Assembly: GCA_004431415.1 (NCBI GenBank)
Contig: QPMI01000523.1
Span: 62,001 to 126,000, forward strand
Origin: Cyanophora paradoxa CCMP329
Lineage: Eukaryota > Plantae > Glaucophyta
Length of the DNA: 64,000 nt
Direction of reading: 5' to 3'
Both the position numbers and the translations under genes were made by a program. This document shows, piece after piece, positions 1 through 13,265 of this stretch; positions within the stretch are counted from its first letter, which is position 1; each line of letters starts with the position of its first letter. The notes beneath the pieces are model-generated. The model was not told the origin of the DNA, ran no database searches, and saw nothing but the letters and a program-made list of their open reading frames with translations.

Positions 1-52
1 GCTCGCGAGGACCGCGCCGGCGGCGGCCCAAACAGCAGGCAAGGCGCTCGGG

Positions 53-2137
53 ATGACAGCCTGGGCGGCGGCCCGGGGCCTTCTGCGTCCGGGAGGCGGT
101 CTGGGCGCGCTGCTTGTGCGGCGAATGTCATTCGATCCGAAGTTGGTTGGGGCGAAGCCCCGCAACTTCAAGCCCATCGAGGAGCGCATACGTACGCGCC
201 GCCATGCGCGTCTCTGCATGCAGCTCCTCACTTTCGTGCAGTTCCTTTCGCCCGCTTCCTCGGAAAGCCCGATTTGAAGCCCGGCGAGTCCCTCGACCTT
301 TCCCGAGATGAGCTGACGGCGCTGCTCACCACCACGGACGCGGTCAGCATTCCTCTAGATCTATTGATTGGATTGCAGCGTTTTCGGCGCCCGTCATGCT
401 GCCGCAGGCGCTCGAGGCGTCTCTGTACGCGCATGCGAACTCTGTCACGGAGCGCGTCTTTGGCAACAAGGTCTACTTCCGCGGCATCGTCGAGTTCTCC
501 AACGTCTGTCAGAAGAACTGCGAGTACTGCGGCATCCGGAAGAGCATGCCCGCTGCGCAGCTCCGGAGGTCGAACTCTCCCCGCCGCTGACTGGATCTCT
601 CCTGCTGAGCCGCTCCGCATGCAGATACACAATGACGGCGGAAGAGATCGTTGACTGCGCGGAATTCTGCTACAGGCAAGGCTACGGGACGCTCATGCTC
701 CAGAGCGGCGAACTGGATACTGAGCGGCGGCTGAACTTTGTCATCGACGTGATCAAGCAAATCCGCGAGCGGTGCGCGCAGCAATCGCTTCCTTCTACGA
801 GCGGGGGCCGAGAGGGGGTCGCCGATCGGGGCGCGCGCAGGTGCCGGGAGCTGGAGCGCGAGCACCTGGGGCTCCCCGCGGACACGCCTCTGGACAAGCT
901 CAAGGGCCTCGCCGTCGCGCTCTCGATCGGGGAGCTCTCCGCAGACAAGTACCAGAGGCTCTTCGACGCAGGCGCCGTCCGGTGCGCTTGCCTCCTCTCC
1001 GCAGCGAAGAGGGATCCCTACGGCCCCGCCTCCGCGTGACGCGCGCGCCGCGTTGCAGGTACCTGCTTCGCATTGAGACGTCGAACCCGGCGCTTTACGC
1101 CAAGCTGCACCCCGCCGACCACAAGTGGGAGACCCGCCACCGCTGCCTCCTGGTACCCCGCGTCCTCCCCCCCCGCGCGTCTCCTCTTCGCTCTCGCTGA
1201 CGGCTACGCGGGACGCGGCGGGCAGGACCTGAAGCGGATCGGGTTCCAGATCGCGTCGGGGGTGATGGTGGGGATCCCCGGGCAGACCTACCAGGACCTC
1301 GCCAACGACCTCCTCTTCCTCAAGGAGCTCGACGTCGACATGGTCGGCGTACCCCCGCGGCCGTTCATCCCCCCTCCCCTCTGAAACGCCCCCAGATCGG
1401 GATGGGCCCGTACATCTACCAGGAGAACACGCCCGTGGGCGAGCAGTGGAAGAAGGAGTTCGGGTCGCGGCCCAAGGACGTGCGCACGTACCCCCTCCCG
1501 CTGCGCGCCCCCTGGTCGCTGACTCGAAGGCGGCGCAGGACCACAACGCGTGGCTGCTCTCGACGGCCTCGCGCATGTACTCGCTCGCGCGCATCCTGAT
1601 CCCCGACTGCAACATCACAGCCACGACCGCCCTGCAGGCGGGCCCCCGCCTCGCCCCGCCCGCCCCCGAGCCCTCGCTTCTTGCTCTCTGAACGGACCGC
1701 TCGGCAGGCGATCCACCCGTCGGGGCGGGAGCTGGGGCTCAACCGCGGCTGCAACGTCCTGATGCCCATCCTGACGCCCCTCAAGTACCGCGAGAACTAC
1801 CAGCTCTACCAGGGCAAGGTGCCCCCGCCCGCCCCGAGCCCTCCATCCCCCTCCCTCGCAGCTCATCCCTCCCTTCCCCCCGCAGCCGTGCGTCGACGAG
1901 GGTGCCACCGAGTGCCGCAAGTGCCTTGTCTCCCGCGTCGGTGCTCCCCTTTGAGCCGATTCGATCCCCTACCCCCCCTCACCGTCGGCTTCGTTCGCAG
2001 AGTGGTCCGGGAAGGACCTGGCGCTGGGGATCTGGGGCGACCCGCCGCACTTCTTCCGCCGCGCGGGGCTCGAGCTGCCCTCCGAGACCCCCATCCTCCC
2101 CAAGCCCGCCCTCACCGACAAGAAGGCCCACCACTAG
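53..2137 (+). CDS. hydE: [FeFe]-hydrogenase maturase HydE (radical SAM), multi-exon
   Basis: Spliced exons give RGIVEFSNVCQKNCEYCGIR (CxxxCxxC), TLMLQSGE, YLLRIETSNPALYAKLHP, GVMVGIPGQT, GMGPYI and YRENYQLYQGK; stop TAG at 2135-2137. Arg/Ala/Leu-rich N-terminus resembles a presequence. Confidence 0.9.
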
Positions 2138-2883
2138 CCGGCCCCCGCCCCCGCCGGCGCCCCCCGCCCGCTCGCTCGCTCGCCGCCTCGCCGGCCCTAG
2201 CCCAGCCTAGTTCGACGGCTGGCCGGCCGGCCCCCTCATATGCATCCCCACGGTTCTAGATCTATCTGATCGTTCGTATCGATCGCCTCTCCCTTAGTGA
2301 ACGCAGCTGCAGGAACCTTCTTTTCAATAGCACAATACCTTCACCTCGATATACAAGCTAGCGCTGTGTTGAGAATGAAATCGATCACGGCCCTAAGCTC
2401 GGGATGTCCTGAAGGCGGGAGAGGGGCTCGCAGAACTAGATCTAGACGCCGTGGCAGTGCACGTGGTGGCGAGCGGGAGCGGCCAGGGCAAAGACGACAA
2501 GTACAGCTGGCTGATCGTGGCTCGCGGTTGAGATCCAGGGGCCCGGGCCCCCGCGAGCGAGCGAGCGAGCGAGCGTCGCTCTGGATGAACAGCGCTGGCT
2601 GTTGGGCTCCGAGGCTCGATCCGAAACCAAAGGGCCCGCCCCGCCGATGCTCGTCTCGTCGTTCCGGATCCGACTGTCATGATGAGCCGACGCCTGCCAC
2701 AGGCAACCAGCGCCGTGGCCATCACAGGCTGCCGGGCGATGCCGACAGCCCCTCTGCTTCCTCTTACGCTCGCGCGCCTTCGTCTGCGCTCCCCGCCGAA
2801 CGCGTCGCGTGCACGAGCTGGCCGTCACACGCGCTGGCCGGGCCGCGGCCGCGGCCGCCCGCACCTCGGCTTGGAGGGCGGGG

Positions 2884-3449
2884 CTAGACGCGGCCGCGGC
2901 CGCTGCAGGCGTCGCAGCGGAACATGCCCTCGCCCTCGCAGGTCGGGCATCCTTGGCTAATACCCTCGTCCATGTCCACGCCTGGCGGACGGAAGCACCG
3001 CGGGTTAGCAGGCGCGTCGGCTTTAGCTAGGCAGGAGAGCACCGAGGCCGTTGCTCGGCGATATCACGCCCGTGCCGCCGCAAAGAGAACACTTGGCCCA
3101 GCCCATACCGTTGCACTTCTCGCACTGCAAGCGCGTTAGGTTCGGATGCGCTGCACCTTATAAGCCGCACCCGCTTCTTCTCGGCCTCTGCGCGCGCCGC
3201 GGGCGACGGCTTCGAAGTCTCGGCGCTGCACGCGCAAATCGTGGCGCTGGTAGCTACAACAAATTTTCTCGTTGTGATGCCTGGCTGGCGTCCCCGCGTC
3301 GCTGCGAGCCCGGCTGGCGGCGCGGCGACAAAGGACGGCGGCGCGAACTGGAGCCCCAAAGTTGAGATCCGTCTAGCTTGTAGACGTTCTGTCTGCAGCC
3401 TGCATGTTTCTCGAAGTACGAAGGACGGCGGCGCGCGCTGGGTGTTCAT
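2884..3449 (-). CDS. DnaJ-type zinc-finger protein (4x CxxCxGxG), probably plastid-targeted, at least 2 introns
   Basis: Not in the ORF track as one unit. Manual splicing gives ...AEKKR|CEKCNGMGWAKCSLCGGTG...L|GVDMDEGISQGCPTCEGEGMFRCDACSGRGRV*. N-terminus has PPSFV motifs; start codon uncertain. Confidence 0.75.
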
Positions 3450-3579
3450 CTCTGGGGGGTACAGGAGGTGAAGCCTTGGAGGGGGGGGGTACAATGGGGG
3501 GTGAGGTGGGGGGGCGTAAGCAGGGTAATGATCAAATTTCATTAGCCGAAGGTTCCTCACGCATTCCATCTCACAGTCT

Positions 3580-3587
3580 TATATAAA
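3580..3587 (+). promoter_or_regulatory. candidate TATA box between the divergent Zn-finger genes
   Basis: TATATAAA in a GC-rich context, ~130 bp from both ATGs. Confidence 0.4.
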
Positions 3588-3711
3588 CCAGCTCGCCTGC
3601 AGTCCAGCGGTAGAATTTGACATTTGCGAGCACCTGCACCGTCGTCTGCAGCACCGCGGCTTAAACGAACAACTCCTCAGCAGCCTGCAAGCCTCCCCGC
3701 ACCCGGTCATA

Positions 3712-4272
3712 ATGATCTCCATGCCCAGCTTCGTACTTGCACCTGTTCCTTCGATCGTGGCGCCCGCTCGCCGTGTGCCCGCCGGCGCCGGCCGCAGCGT
3801 TGTCACCTGCAGCTACCAAGACCAGCCCCCGAGGTCGAGGAACGCGTCGACCGCCCGTCGTCTCATGGCTGCCGGAAGCTCTTCTACTTCTGAGGTGCGC
3901 TCCAAAACGCTGTCCCGCCCAGAGCCCGACCGCCAACCATTGCATTATTGCGCCCACCGCGGCCGATTCGTGTTTGAAGCGGCTGCCGCCCCCGTTCTGC
4001 TTTTCACATTGCACATAGAACGCCCCCGACAGAGCAATTACTATGCTGATCGCCGCGACGCCTCGCAGAGCTCGAGCTCGGGCTACGTATGCACTTGGTG
4101 CGAAGGTTCTGGATTCTGCATGTGCGACGAGTGCCGCGGGACCGGCTTCCGAACGAACAAGTCCGGCATGACCAAGACATGCGGACAATGCTCGGGCTCC
4201 GGTGGCTTCTCGTGCGGCTGCTGCGGCGGCCGGGGGAAGACGCCTTCGCCCCTGACCTGTGACTTTATGTGA
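3712..4272 (+). CDS. DnaJ-type zinc-finger protein (4x CxxCxGxG), probably plastid-targeted
   Basis: CTWCEGSG, CDECRGTG, CGQCSGSG, CGCCGGRG; N-terminus MPSFVLAPVPSIVAPARR resembles a transit peptide; may contain an intron. Confidence 0.8.
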   Translation: MISMPSFVLAPVPSIVAPARRVPAGAGRSVVTCSYQDQPPRSRNASTARRLMAAGSSSTSEVRSKTLSRPEPDRQPLHYCAHRGRFVFEAAAAPVLLFTLHIERPRQSNYYADRRDASQSSSSGYVCTWCEGSGFCMCDECRGTGFRTNKSGMTKTCGQCSGSGGFSCGCCGGRGKTPSPLTCDFM

Positions 4273-5044
4273 GCGGGCTCGCCTTGCGCAGCACACTGTG
4301 ACAGTGGTGCGCATCCGTTTGTGCTGTTCTCTTCAACTTACGCGCTTTGACACCTCTCTCGCAGCACAAGCAGTCTTGAGGTGATAGCGGACTCGACCAT
4401 TCATCCCTTTCGAAGCCAGCTTTTCGCCGCCCCTTTCTTCTTTCGTGTACAAATCTAGCTCATGTAGCTTTCATCAGCGGGCGGGTTGATAGGTCGGTCG
4501 GCAGTGGATTCCGGAAGTGCTGTATTTGTATCATCGCAGTGTGAGTTTAGTGATTTTAGCCGGGCGTAGGTCCTGCACACGATTTTGACAGCGCAGTACT
4601 TCTGAGCATCCTGTATTGTTATTTTTGATAGCTGCAGCTGCATTCCTTTCTTACATGTACATTGTCGAACCTCATGATCATGATCAGATTTTAGCCTAGT
4701 AGGGTATCTTTCGGGTTTTCTGGGCACTTTCATCTTAAGGCATGGTACCAGTCGTCTATCAGCTACCGTAGTACATCGGCAATCTGGCAGATGCCCGAGA
4801 ATCCGATTGATTATGAGTGACGTATACATCGCAATCGCAAGTGGAAGCCACTATCACGCTCCGCTGGTATCGACACTAGCTGAGTCTAACTCCTGGTCAT
4901 GATGGGTAAGCCTACAGACAGCGCTTGGCTTGAGAATTCAATGATCATCTCATTTAACAGCATCATGGCATGATGCCATGATGGTCTCCTTGCAAAAGAG
5001 GGCGAGGGAGCACTGCGGCTGTACATAAACAGGTGAAATGTGAG

Positions 5045-6888
5045 CTAGCGCTGCGCCTGCAGCGCGGCGCCGCCTGTACATTGGGACGGGTCGGGCCTCG
5101 TCGTCAGCGGCCGTCGGGGAGGCGCGGCGGGGCGCCGGGGGAGGGCCTGGCCCTGGAGGAGGAGAAGAGGCGGCGGAGGAACTGCCAGGCGTCGTCGCGC
5201 TGCTCGGCGGCGGCCCGCGCCGTCGCCTTCTCGTGGCGGAACAGCACGAAGGAGCGGAAGACGCCCGCCTCGATGAGGCCCCGCCGCCCCGTCCTCCGCC
5301 CCCCCTCCTCCCCGCCCTCCCCGCCCTTGCCGCCGCCGCGCCGCTTCCGCACGGCGCACTTGGGGCAGCCGCGCCCCAGCTCCGTGCGCTCCGCGGGGCT
5401 CAGCTCGTAGACGTGCCGGCAGAACGTGTCCTGGCACCTCCACCTGCCGCCCGCCGGCGCCCCGTCAGGGCCCCCGGGGCTCGAAGGCGGGGGCGGCGGC
5501 GCACCAGTGGCGCTCGCGCGAGTCTGCGGGGACGCCCCGCGGCGAGACGCCGCCGTTGAGCTCCTCGTCCCACTCGGCGGCCAGGTCGGGGTACTCCGTC
5601 GCGAGGCACCGCGCAGTCGCCACGGAGGCCCCGCCGGCGCACGCCGGGCACGTCTCGCCCGCCCCCTCCCACCTGGCGCGCGGGGAGGTGTGAAGCGGTG
5701 GGGGGCGCGGGGGGGCGGGGCCGCTCACTCTCGCCCGCAGGCGGCGCAGAGGTGCGCGGGGCGCGCTGGAAGCGGCGCGGGGCGCTCCTCACGCCCGGGC
5801 ACCCGCAGGGGCGCCCGCAGGGGCGCCGCCTCCGCCGCCTCCTCCGCCTCGCCCTCGACCTCCAGCTGCGGACGGAGCGGGTCAAATTGGAGTGCGCGGT
5901 AGAACGGAGCGCGGGGGATGGGCGGACCGCGTCGTGGGCGGGGGCGGGGGCGGCGGGGGCCGGGATGGGCGCGGAGGCCGAGGCGGCGGAGGAGGCGGCG
6001 AGGCAAGCGGGGCAGCCGGCGTCGTGCTTGCTCGTCCGGGATCGGACGGTCGCCTGCCAGCGGTGGCCCTGCTCGCACCTCCACCTGCGCCGCCTCGGCT
6101 TCGGGACCGACTTCGGAGGCCCGGGCGGGGAGGGCGGACCAGGCCTTGCTCGTGGACGCGATGGAAACGGTCTCGGGCGACTTGGACTTCGCGTTGAGCT
6201 CCGCGTCCCACTGCGCGGCGATCGCCGGCCGCGCGAGCAGCAGGCTCCGCTCGCGCTCGCCCTCCGCCCCGGCCCGGCGCGAGCCCGATGGCGCGGCGCT
6301 CGGCTGGGCTGCCGCCGCGCACTTGGCGCAGCTGTCCGGCGCACGCGCCGCCGTCCTCCGCTTCGGCTGCGCCTTCCACTGGTGCCCGCACCCGGGCGCT
6401 GCGCACGTCCACCAGAAGAAGCTGGTGGACGCGGCGCTCACTTCGGTCGCCATGAGCCCGTTTCGCTCCTCGTCGAACTCCCGCGCGATCGCTGGCGCTG
6501 CCTCCGCGAGAGATCGGCCCGGCCGGGGCTTTGGCGGGATTCGCCGCAGCAGGGTGCGCCTGCTTACGCTGCTGCTAACGGTAGCACTCTTGCGTGGCTC
6601 TCCAGAAGAGCCAGTGACGCTCACGGGCGCCGCGCCCGTGCCGCCAGCGGACGGGCACTCGGCGTTGTACGGCGCGGAGAATTCAAAACGCCGGTGCTGG
6701 GGGGGTCTGAAGCCGCGAGGACGGATTTCTACACGCCGAATGACCGTGCTGCGGGCGCGCACGCGCCACGCTGGACTCCCGGCGGCACGGAGGACTCGGC
6801 CGCTTATCGCGGCCTGTGCTGAGCGGGCATCCGCAAAGACAGCCACTGCAGCCGGCACGAACGCTGGCCCGGTGGCTAGCAGCACCAT
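5045..6888 (-). CDS. Zn-ribbon repeat protein (DUF4379-like, 3 repeats), probably plastid-targeted, multi-exon
   Basis: Three repeats of the form SL..P.IA.E(W/F)D.E.N....V...S....WW.C..GH.W.A....R......C..C; N-terminus MVLLATGPAFVPAAVA. Confidence 0.7.
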
Positions 6889-7126
6889 AACGTTCGAGCG
6901 GGAGCCACTGATGGGGGGTATTACTCTCCCGAAAAAAAGGAGGTACTGGGACTCGCAGCAACCGCGCCGCCTGAGCCAGCAACTGGAGGTAGACGAGCGA
7001 TGCAGCTGGAGGCGGAAGCGGGGTCGTCTCCGCGGCCGCGCGCGGGTTCGGGCCGGTCGGGGAATGGATCGGACTGGGCCGAAGCGGGCACTGCCGTCAC
7101 GCGCACGACCGACACTCTTCAGGTAC

Positions 7127-10100
7127 ATGCTTAGCGAGCGCCCAGAGCTCCCGCGCGCGCGAACCACCGGCGCTGACCCCTCTGACCGCCCGCAGCTACG
7201 CGGGCTCGTGGACGTGGAGCTCGAGGAAGACATATCCGACATCTCCGACGACGAGGGAGTGTCGACGCACCGCCACAGGCGCCAGCAGCCTGAGTCCCGC
7301 AGCTCGAAGCCGGAGCACCCCGCTCCGCGCGCAGCAGCGCTCCGGCCAGCCCTTCTGCGACGCGGTGACCTCGCGATCGAATCCGTGGACGGGCACAGCG
7401 ACGAGGCGCTCAGCGTACGTGTCGCGCTGGGCCAAGCCGCCGCTCCACCTCCAAAGAGCTGACGTCACGGGCAGCGCGAGGAGCGCGTGAAGCTAGCCGC
7501 GCGGTACGTGGACGACGCTCTCAACCACCGCACTCAAGACGCAAGCCTCCACAGGCCCGGGCGCGGCCCCGCAAAGTGCGCTTCTCACTCCCGGGCAGCG
7601 ATCAAATTTGAACCACTTCGCGATCGCGCTGACCGCGGGCACGCGTCGGCAGGGTGTACGCGCACTACCACAGCGCCTGGGCGCAGCGCTTTCTGAAGGC
7701 CCTCGCCGCGCTCCACATGCTCCTGGCGCTGTGGGAGCCGCCCAGCGCGCTCTCGCCGGAGCCCTACCCGTGCCTCGGCCCCGGCGGCGCCTGCAGCCGC
7801 GACCCCGTCGCCCGCGCTCTTCTCGGTCTCGAGCTCCTTCTCGTCGCTTTCCACTGCGGCGAGCTGGCCGCGTACGCGTACGCGCACGGCGCCCGCGAGA
7901 CGCGGCGGAACCGCTGGGCCCTCGTTCGCGCCTGCTGCGTCGCGGTGCGACCCCGGCCCAGCGGGCCGCTCGGCCGCCCGCTTAGCTGCTCGCTAAGGTC
8001 ATGATCTTGGACGTTCTGGTGGGCCTGGGCACTGGCGCGACCGCCCCGCGCTTCTCCCGCCCGCTCCGCGCGGCGGTGCTGGCCTCGCACACGCGCCGCA
8101 TGCGCACGACCGGCCGCCTCATCGCCCGCGCCTGGCGCGCCGTGCGCACCCCGTCTCTAACAATCGAATTTGATCTCTCACGCTTCGAATTCGATCCAGG
8201 TGCTCGCCGTGGCGGCGCTGGTCGCGGCAGTATCCCTCTGTTTCGCCGTGGTCGTCTCGCAGCTCGTGCACGCCTCCTACGACGACGCCCACTACGGCGA
8301 GTGCGCACACCCACGCCCCGAGGGCCCAGGGGGGGGGGGGGTTACGAGGCTTTCCTGTTCCGACCGGGGTACGCCGCCAGCTCATTCGGGAGCGTCGGCG
8401 CCGGCTTCGTGACGGCCCACGTGCTCCTCACGACGGAGAACTTTCCCGACGCGCTGTACCCCGCCACGGAGGGGGGTAGGGGCTGGTGGTGGCTCCTCTT
8501 CGCCCCCTACGAGGCCCTCGGCCTCTACGTCGTCATGCCCGTGCGCGTACCCCCCTGCCGCTACGCCCCGCGCCGATCCGAACCCGCGCGCGTCTCTCGC
8601 AGGTCCTCACGGCGCTCCTCTACGAGACGTACCGCGAGGAGCAGCGCCGCCTCATCGTCGAGGACGCGCGTACCCCCTTCTTCCTCCCCCTCCCCGCACC
8701 GTTCGAACCCATCTCGCAGCGGGTGCACGAGCGGCGGGCCCTCCTGGCGGCTTTCCGGGTGCGTAGCTTTTCGAATAGCGCGATCGCTGCCTTGTTTCGA
8801 CTCACCCCTGCTTGCTTCATGATCAGGCGCTGGACGGGGAGAGAGGCGACGGCGTGGGCTTCCCCGCCTGGGAGGCGCTCATGGCCCACGTCCTGCCCAA
8901 GGCGCCCCTACCCCCCTCCTCTTCCCCCCCCCCCCTGGGGCCCCCTGAACCGCGCGCAGGAGCCGGAGGCGCACGTCCGCCTCCGCTTCAACGCGCTCGA
9001 TCGCGACCGCTCCGGCTCCTTGGGCGCGTACCCCCCGCCGTCCGCCCCTTCCCGCGGCGTGGGGGCGCCCTGATCCGAGAGCAGACGTGCTGGAGTTCCT
9101 AGACCTGCCCGAGGCGCTGGCGCTCGAGATCCGCCCCCGGGAGGCCGCCCCGGCCCCCTCCTCCTGGCTCCCCGCCCCGCTCCCCCGCCTCGCCTCCCGC
9201 CGCCGCCCGCCCCGCCCCGCCCCGCCGCCCGCTCCGGCCCACGCTCCGGGCCCGCGCACCCTGGGCGGCATGGACACCAGCTTCCCCCCGCCCCCGGCTT
9301 CGGCGGTGACGAGGACGACGAGGACGACGAGGACGAGGCGCGGGCGCCCGCCCCGCGGCCCGCTCCCGCCGCACCCGCCGCCCCCGCTTCGGCCGCCGCC
9401 GCCCCCGGCGCCTCCGCACCCGCCCCCCGGCGCGCCTCCCGCGCCTGGGCCCTCTTCCGGGGCGCCTCGATCGCCGCCCAGCTGGGTCCGCGCCCCCCCC
9501 CCTCTCCCCCTCTCCTCCCCCAACCCCCCGCAGCGGTGCTGTGCGTGTACGGGTCGGAGGCGCTGGGGGGGCCCTGGAGCGATCGCCAGGTCGCCGCCCT
9601 CTACTACGCCGACAAGGCGAGCCCCCGCGCCCGGCTTTCTGTTGTCCCCCTCTATTCCTCCTCCCTCCCTCTCACCGCCCTCGCCCCCTCGCTCGGCGGA
9701 GCCCGCGCAGGCCCTCCTGGCGCTCTTCGGGGTGGAGATGGCGGCGCGGGCGGCCGCCTCCACGCCCCGCGCCTTCTGGCGCTCTGGCCACAACCGGTCC
9801 GCCCCGCCCCGCCCCGCCCTGCCCCGCCGCCTCTCCGCCGTTGCCCTCCGACGCGGCGCCCGGCGGCAGGTTCGACATGGCTCTGCTCGCCGCGGCGCTC
9901 GTCGAGCTCCTCGCTTTCGGCCTCCGCGGGCCCCGTCCGCACTCGTCCCGCCCCGCCCCGCCTCATTAGGATTCTCAAGTTCCCGCGGGAGAGCCGGGGG
10001 CCTCACCCGCGGGGCGCGCAGGGGACTCGATCCAGGCCGTGCGGGCCCTGCGCGTCCTCTCCCTCCTCTCCCTGCCCCCCGGCCTCGCCCCCCACTTCGC

Positions 10101-12490
10101 CACCCTCCTCGCCGCCCGCCGCTACTGGCTCTCCCTCATGGCCTCCGCCCTGGTACCCCCCACCCCGATCTCCTTCCCCCCTTCCCTACCGTCTAACTAG
10201 TACCCCCTCCCGAAAGGCGCTCCTGTACGCGTACGCCGTCCTCGGGATGGAGGCCTTCGGCGGGGTACGCGCTTCCCTCCCTCCCCTCCCGCCTCCCGCC
10301 ACCGCCTTCTGACGCCCCCGGCAGCTGGAGCGGGCCTCCGGAGCCCAGGCGAGCTCCCTGGCCCTTCGAACAGCTAACTAAATAGAGAGCCACCTATCCA
10401 TCCTAGGGCGGTTGAGCCACCTATCCGTCCTAGCTTCAATCTCATCTAACTACTTCTAACTTCAAACTCTTAACAGCTAACGAACTGGCCTCCAGCTGCA
10501 GCTATAGCTATCTAACTTCTCGCTAGCCAACTCGGCATCTCCTCGTTAGCTTTGCAGGCAACCTCCAGCCGTGCCGCGAGCTGACGGAGGCGGCGCAGGC
10601 GAGCTTCCGGACGCTGCCGAACGCGGCGCTGGCCGTCTTTCAGCTCCTCACCCTCTCCAACTGGCAGGGCGCGCCCCGCCCCGCCCCGCCCGCACCGAGT
10701 CCCAGAGACTTTCCCGGCCGCTGCGCGCCCCCCCCCGACGCGGCCCGCCCCCGCCCCCCTTCCCCGCGCGCAGTGGTGATGTACGAGTACGCGGAGGCGG
10801 CGGGGACGCGCCTCGTGGCCCCCTTCTTCCTCTCCTTCGCCACCCTCTGCAACCAGGTCCCTTCCGCCCTCTTCTCCTGCCGCCCTCCGCCCGGCCCCCG
10901 GCCCGAGCTGCGGCGCCCCGGCCGCCCCCGGCAGGTGCTGCTCTCGCTGCTGCTCTCGTGCTTCCTGGAGGCCCTCCGTACCGTCGCCCACCTCCGCCGC
11001 TCCCGCCCCGACCCCCGCGCCCAGGCCCGCCGCCCTTGCCCCGCCCCGGCCCCGCACCCCCGCCCCAGGTCCCCCTGACCTGCCCGGCCCCGGCAGGTGT
11101 ACGAGGTCTCCGCGGCCGTCGCGGGCGGCCCGGGCCAGGGCCCGGGCCCGCCAGGCCGCCCGGGGCCCGCCCCCGAGCCCCGCGTCACCGCCTACGACGT
11201 GCGCCCCACCGCCCGCGCCGCCGGGGACCGGGGGCGGGGCGGGGGTGCGAGCGGGGCGGCGGGTGCGGGTGCGGGCAGGTGCGGCGCGTGGTGCGGTGGG
11301 AGCGGGTGGCGTTCGACGCGGAGCTGGAGGCGATGGGCCACGACGAGGCCCGCGCCCTCTCCCAGGTACCCCTTCCCCCCCCCCCCCCCCCCCCCCCCCC
11401 TCCCTCTTTGACGCCCTCGCAGCTCTGCGGGATCGACCTGCTCGCCCTGCGCCGCGCCAAGGCCGCCGACGCCCCCGCCTCCTCTTCGGCCCTTGTGCGC
11501 CCCTTCCCGCTCCCTCCCCCGATACTTCGACCCGACCGCTTCGGCCTGATTCGATCCGAACGGCAGCGCCACCGCCCGCCCCCCGGCGCCGCATCCGTAC
11601 GCCCCATGCCGCCCGCGCCCCTCCTCTCGTTTCGTCTGTGCCCCGGCGACCCGCCCCGACCGTCAGGACGTGCCGGCGGCCCCTTCCCGCGCCCTCTCCC
11701 GCACCGTCAGGTACCCCCGTACCCTCCTTACCACATGCCCCGTACCCCATCCCGATCCTTCTCACCAATGTCCCCCTCCAGCTTCTCCCGATCCGAGTGG
11801 GGCTCCTTCTACCGCGCCCCGTCGGACGCCGCGATCGCACAGGCGCGTACCCCCGCCCCGCTGCTTCTCCCCCCGATAACCGGTACCCCGCAGGCCCTGC
11901 ACCACGTCGACTCGCGGAGCGCTCTGCTGCCGCGCCGGGAGAGCCCCTCCGCTTTCCCTGCCCCCGCCCCGCTCGCCTCGGTCCCCGTCCTCGCGGCGCC
12001 GCGCCCGCCGCGCCGGAGCCCGGACCCGGAGGCCGCCGCTCCGACCTCGCCGGGGGCGGCCCGGCGCCGGCGCCGGCCGCGCAGCAGCTCCGCAAGAAGC
12101 TCTCGATGAAGCGGCTCTCGTCGGGGCCGGAGGGGCCCTCGCCCGCGCCGCCGCCGCCGTCATCGCCGAGGAGGCCGCTGCCGCGCGCGTCTGCGTCAAC
12201 ATCTTCCCGGGGGACCTCATCGGCGGCGTCGGGAGCCCGCGGGGCTGGGCGCCCTGGGCCCGCCCCTTCCCCGCCCGCCCCGCCCGCCCGGCGCCCCTCG
12301 CGCCCCGGGCCCGGACGCCGCCGCCGCCGGCGCCAGCGAGCCTCGCCGGCCCCCCGCCGGTCGCGGGCGGCGCCGCGGGGGCGCCCCAGTCGCGTGCCAC
12401 GACGCCGCCAACGGCGCCGGCGCCGTTTGCCGGCACCTCGCCCACGATGGGCCTCATCGGGGCGAGCTTCGCGGGGCAGCTGCAGCCTAG
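7127..12490 (+). CDS. two-pore channel (TPC) family protein, many exons; 3' end approximate
   Basis: KLAARYVDDALNHR; S4-like RPLRAAVL; pore I LLTTENFPD; EF-hand-like FNALDRDRSGSL; pore II AVFQLLTLSNWQ followed by S6 FFLSFATLCNQVLLSLLLSCFLE. Confidence 0.75.
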
Positions 12491-13265
12491 CGCTACAAAC
12501 TCGCGCCAGGGCCCGCCCACCCCGCCCCCCGTCCGTCTCTGAGCATGCATACGAGGTCGTCTGGTCTAGTCTGGTTGATTTGAAGACAACGTTTCCCGTC
12601 ACTAACAACATCTACAATCAACGAGGGCCCACGCGCTGCGTATTCACAAGCCGTACGTAGTATGAAAGGTGATGGAAAGCTTATATATGTAAAGCCCTGA
12701 GCTGCATCTTACAATCGCGCATCTGCTGTGATAGTGAGGAGTACACACACGCGCTGCTGCTGCTGCAAGCAGCGCGCCACTGTGAATGGTGTCGCGTTGT
12801 AATATGTAATGCCGGTTTACACGGTGGTACAGCGCTGAACGCGCGCGGCTGGTTTGAAAGAGATCTGGACCGAGCTCAAGCGGCCTCCTACAGCTACCTA
12901 CTATTGAAAAGTTGACTCGCAATCTGCCGAGCATTCAATCGAAATACAGGGCAGAACGGTGTCTGCAAACTGGAGAGCCTAGCCGATTCTGCGACTACGT
13001 TCTGTGTATACGGACCCGGAGCAGTTGTGAAGTAGAGACACCCAAGCGCGACACTACTCGCCCCTTGAAAAAAAACGCACAAAAGAGCGGAATATGGACA
13101 CTGGGATGGACACTAAAACGGCAAAGTATTCTAGGGATGCAGGAAAATAAAAAGAGCCCTGTGCATGGAGATGGGGAAAACCAAACGAAGGCTGCTATCT
13201 AGAAAGGCGGACGGATCGATCCGCTCGGGGCGCTCCGCTGCGCCGCGCCGCTCGCCGGCCGACGC

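Noticed and set aside
11375-11400. Long poly-C tract and other C/G runs
   Set aside because: Intronic low complexity common in this genome; lengths unreliable.
12540-13200. Lower-GC patches (also ~4430-5030) as possible small transposons
   Set aside because: No terminal repeats or TSD seen; consistent with 3' UTR/intergenic DNA between convergent genes.
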